Shown here in pieces: positions 60,396-64,000 of a stretch of 64,000 bases of DNA; position 1 is the first letter of the stretch; each line of letters starts with the position of its first letter. Location of the stretch: assembly GCF_009914755.1 (NCBI RefSeq), contig NC_060931.1; one strand, given 5' to 3'. Origin of the DNA: the human T2T-CHM13v2.0 reference genome, Homo sapiens. The notes beneath the pieces were generated by a model. It was given only the letters and a program-made list of their open reading frames with translations. It did not search any database and had not been told where the DNA came from. The position numbers were made by a program, and so were the translations under genes.

Positions 60396-62329
60396 CTAAA
60401 GAGGAAAAGATAGCATGAGCTAGAGTAGGTATGGAAGGTTTCACAGAGTACGTGGGGCTTAACCTGGGTCTTGAACAATGAGAACAATGGGTAGCATTTG
60501 TTAAAGGAAGGAAAAAGAAAAGGGAGAGGAGGGGGTATTGTAGAGGAAAGCAAAGGCAAGAAGACAGAAATGGACAGAATGTGACCTCAGACAAGGCTGC
60601 TTAACTAGAGGAAAAGCTATTTGGAGGAATTTGAAGACAAAAGAGCAAATAAATAGGATAAGGTCAGATTTAGACCTGCCATGAGTTAGACCATGCCAAA
60701 GACTGCCATGATCTAAACTAAATAACTACCTCAGTCTACCTAAATCACTAGGGAAGACTTTCTGCCTATCGGAAGGGAAGCCCATGGAGAGAGACACATC
60801 CTGAGTGCCCATGACCATGGGTAAAACATTTAAACCAGGATCCTTGGTTGGATGAATTGGGCTGGAGACGTCTACTCCTCCTGCACAATTTGGTAGCAAT
60901 AATGGCAAATAAGAGTGTTCTTGAGGCAGATCCCACGCCTTGCCTCCCTGTCTACTGCAGTTTTTCTCACCTCCTTTGTCTCTAAGCCTCCGCCCCCTAA
61001 GACACAAGCTGCCGCAGATCAACTGGCTCAATCCTCTGCCCACATTCTCTATGGTCATTTCCTGCTATAGCCCCAAACCCACGGGCAGCTCTCCCGAGGC
61101 ATGCCAAAAATCCACATTAGAATCACGGCAACAGTTGGTGAAGGCTATTTTTAGAGTCACCCTCATTCTCTGGCATTATACTTACTCCAACTCACATATG
61201 ACTGTGTTCTAAAACTCATCGACTCTGGCTCAAACTCAGAATGAGAAGAATGATAACAATCTAGGTCTTCTTGCTCTTCCATCTTGTCATGAGTTTCCAT
61301 CAATTACATGAACAAAGCCAAACCCACATGAACTATACATCTGTCGCAACTTCTCTGCTTCTCTAGAACACCCCTTTCTCACCCAAATCCCCAGAGACAG
61401 AGTCTTCCTAGTATGGAGATGTCTGCTCTCGGGCCTCCTATAGTTGTGGGCATCACTTCTGCAGGAGGCCATCCCTGATCTCCTCATATTGCCCGTGACA
61501 CCTGTCACTGCATTTACCACATGGAGTTAAAATTGGCCGCGTGGAATTAAATCTTCATTGTCTGCTCCCGACTAGATTATAAGTTCTTCAGGGGCAGGGA
61601 CCTTGTCATTTTCATCTCTTCATTCCCCAGTGCCTACCGCAATGCTTGGCGGTCATAGGGTTCCATTAATACTTGTTGAATGAATAAATGGAAGTACGTA
61701 TAAGAACTAAGCTCCAAGCTGGTCTCTTACCCCTCATCCTACCAATCCCTGCCGGCTAAGGTGCTGAACTAACTTAAGTGGGGGGCCTGAGCTTGCCCAT
61801 AGTTCTTTGCTACCAAGGCCAGGAGGGAAGTACTGTGGCATCTGCGTATCCATCCTGGCACGGACACAGTATAACGTCTCGAACTTCAAGGAATGCCAAG
61901 AAATGCTGGATTCCTCTGCTACATGCTATGAAACCAACCAGAGATTGCTTGAGAAATATTAAGGCTGCCTCAGACATGACATTTGCTTGGCCTTGTGCAG
62001 AGTTCAGTATGCTACGGTAATTGGCACCAGCAAACACTTATTAAATTTGGTGAACTAAGGCTCTTCACAAAAATAGAGGAAGAACATCTCTGCCCTTTAG
62101 GAAATGACAATCTCCAAACAATAAAGTGTGTTTACCAAAATTGAATTTTATAGGCTCTTGGATAAAAATCGTGAGAAGCTGAATGATAAAATTATCTGCC
62201 CACAAACAACTCTGTATGGAAGTCATCCACCATTTTAAAGAGAAAATTAAGAAACTTCTAGACTGGCACTGCCCAGAAGAACTTTCTGAGTTGGTGAAAT
62301 TGCTCTATAACCTTGTGCTCTCCAATGAA

Positions 62330-62480
62330 GTAACCGCTGGCCACAAATGGCTATTGAGCACTTGCAGTATGGCTGGTGCAACTGAGGAACTGAATTTTTA
62401 ATGTCATTTAATTTTAATTAATTTTAATTTAAATATCCACATGTGGGTAGTGGCTACCATATTGGACAGTGTAACTCTAG
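62330..62480. mobile_element. MER3/MER33-like hAT MITE
   Basis: gctctccaat...ggctattgagcacttg...ctgaggaactgaattttt...atattggacagtg. Confidence 0.7.
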
Positions 62481-63202
62481 ACCATGAAAAAAGTATGATG
62501 ATGGCTGCCGTGTGGAAAACTAAATACAGAAACTGCCAACATATGACACATGATTCAGATCCGATCACAACTGCTGGACTTGTTTCATGATAGGCACTGA
62601 TATCTATGGCAAACACAACTCTCTAGACCGGACCTGTGAAATGAGAATAATACAAATAATAGTAACTACCTCATACCCACCTCAGCTTAACCAGTACTGT
62701 GTCCCTGTAGCCTTCTGAGAATCAACTTGAAATTCAGTTTGGGTTTGCTGGGCAGTCTCTGCCTGACATGTGGGCCAAAATCGAACTCAGCCACCATCAT
62801 GTGTGGCCACAGCAGATGTCTGAGAAAGTCCACAAAATAAAAGACATCAGCAGATAAAACATCCACAGTGAAAACGAACACTTCATCAATATAAAAGCAA
62901 ACTTCCAAAGCTCCCCACTCACCCATCAGATAAAATGCATTGCTGAGCGTGCCAGGCAAAGGTTCTCAGACTCCTGCAGGGAAGGCCAGCTGGTGGGACT
63001 GTCCTTCCAGGCACTGCCCCGGGTGTCCCCGTGTCCCTCCCCCTTCACCCACCCTGGAGGCCCCGCGTCCTCCCTTCACCTACTCTACACCTGATGTGCT
63101 CGTCCTCACCCCAGCCTGCCCTGTTTGTCCCGCTCCATCCAAATAAGTAATTTTTGTTGGTCTCTTCTTTCTTAGAGCTTACTAGAATTTAATTTTTTTG
63201 AC

Positions 63203-63307
63203 CCCAAGAAGCAGAGATTGCAGTGAGCCAAGATCACGCTACGGCACTCCGGCCTGGGTAACAGAGTGAGACCCTGTCTCAAAAAAAAAAAAAAAAAAAA
63301 AAAAAAA
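63203..63307 (+). mobile_element. Alu right-arm 3' fragment with long poly(A)
   Basis: ttgcagtgagccaagatcacg...accctgtctc followed by a long A-run. Confidence 0.85.
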
Positions 63308-64000
63308 GAATACCGTGCACCGTGCCTTAGCAGTATCTATAAAGTATTCTTCTGATGTTCACTATTCGCTCTGTTGACATGATGTAATACATCCAAAGTT
63401 TTCTTTTTGATCTCCCAGTCCTGTATGTGGAGATAAGTTCCACCGAGTCATGGTATGGTATACAGTGTAGGGGTTGAAAACATTGGATTTAGATGAAGAC
63501 AGACCTGACTTTGAATATAGTTTTACTATTTATTAACTGTGTATCTTTAGGCATAGTTTTTTTTCTAAGCTTTGATTTCCTCACCTTAAAATGGAAATGT
63601 TAATACCTTCTTCATAGTGTTGTATGGAAATAAGTTAGATAATCAGTTAAGTTTCCCAATACAGTAATTGGCATCTAGTTAAATATACAATGATGGTTAT
63701 TATTGCTCAAATCTTTGCTGAAATTTTCTTTAAGAATTTTTCAACTGTGTGTGTAAATGAAATTGGCTTCTAATAGAAGTTATAAGGAATCTTCCTTATC
63801 AGTGTTAATAATAGCACCTATTTAACTCACAGAATTAATTTGGGATCATGCCATCTCTCCCGTTTTTCTAAAAAGGAACTTTAATTTTTTATTACACATT
63901 GTAGAAAAAGCAGAATATACAGAGAAGCAAAATTATGAATATTAAAATGATCTGTAACCTCACCACCTCCAAAGAAGCATTGTTAACATTAGATTCGCCC

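Overview
Human/primate genomic DNA containing the 5' end of KIAA1549 on the minus strand. A CpG-island promoter spans ~49.87-51.0 kb. Coding exon 1 is 50172-49986 (MPGARRRRRG...ARPASCAP, phase-1 GT donor). Everything below 49986 appears to be intron 1, and everything above ~51 kb is upstream DNA. The rest is dense in interspersed repeats: ~33 Alu/FLAM/FRAM copies, a 5'-truncated L1PA, older L1M and L2 fragments, THE1/MLT solo LTRs, and Tigger/MER DNA-transposon relics. The other ORFs in the supplied track look like repeat-derived or chance frames. I found no convincing new multi-gene system. The notable signals are traces of DNA repair and retrotransposition: a 240-bp local templated insertion inside an Alu, an apparent Alu-to-Alu gene conversion over 14 kb, a probable ancient L1 3' transduction, an orphan polyadenylated mini-retrocopy and a perfect 36-bp palindrome. 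There is also a sense-oriented MLT2A (HERV-L) LTR with a DUX4-like site in intron 1. Repeat family calls were made by eye from remembered consensus sequences, and their boundaries are approximate.
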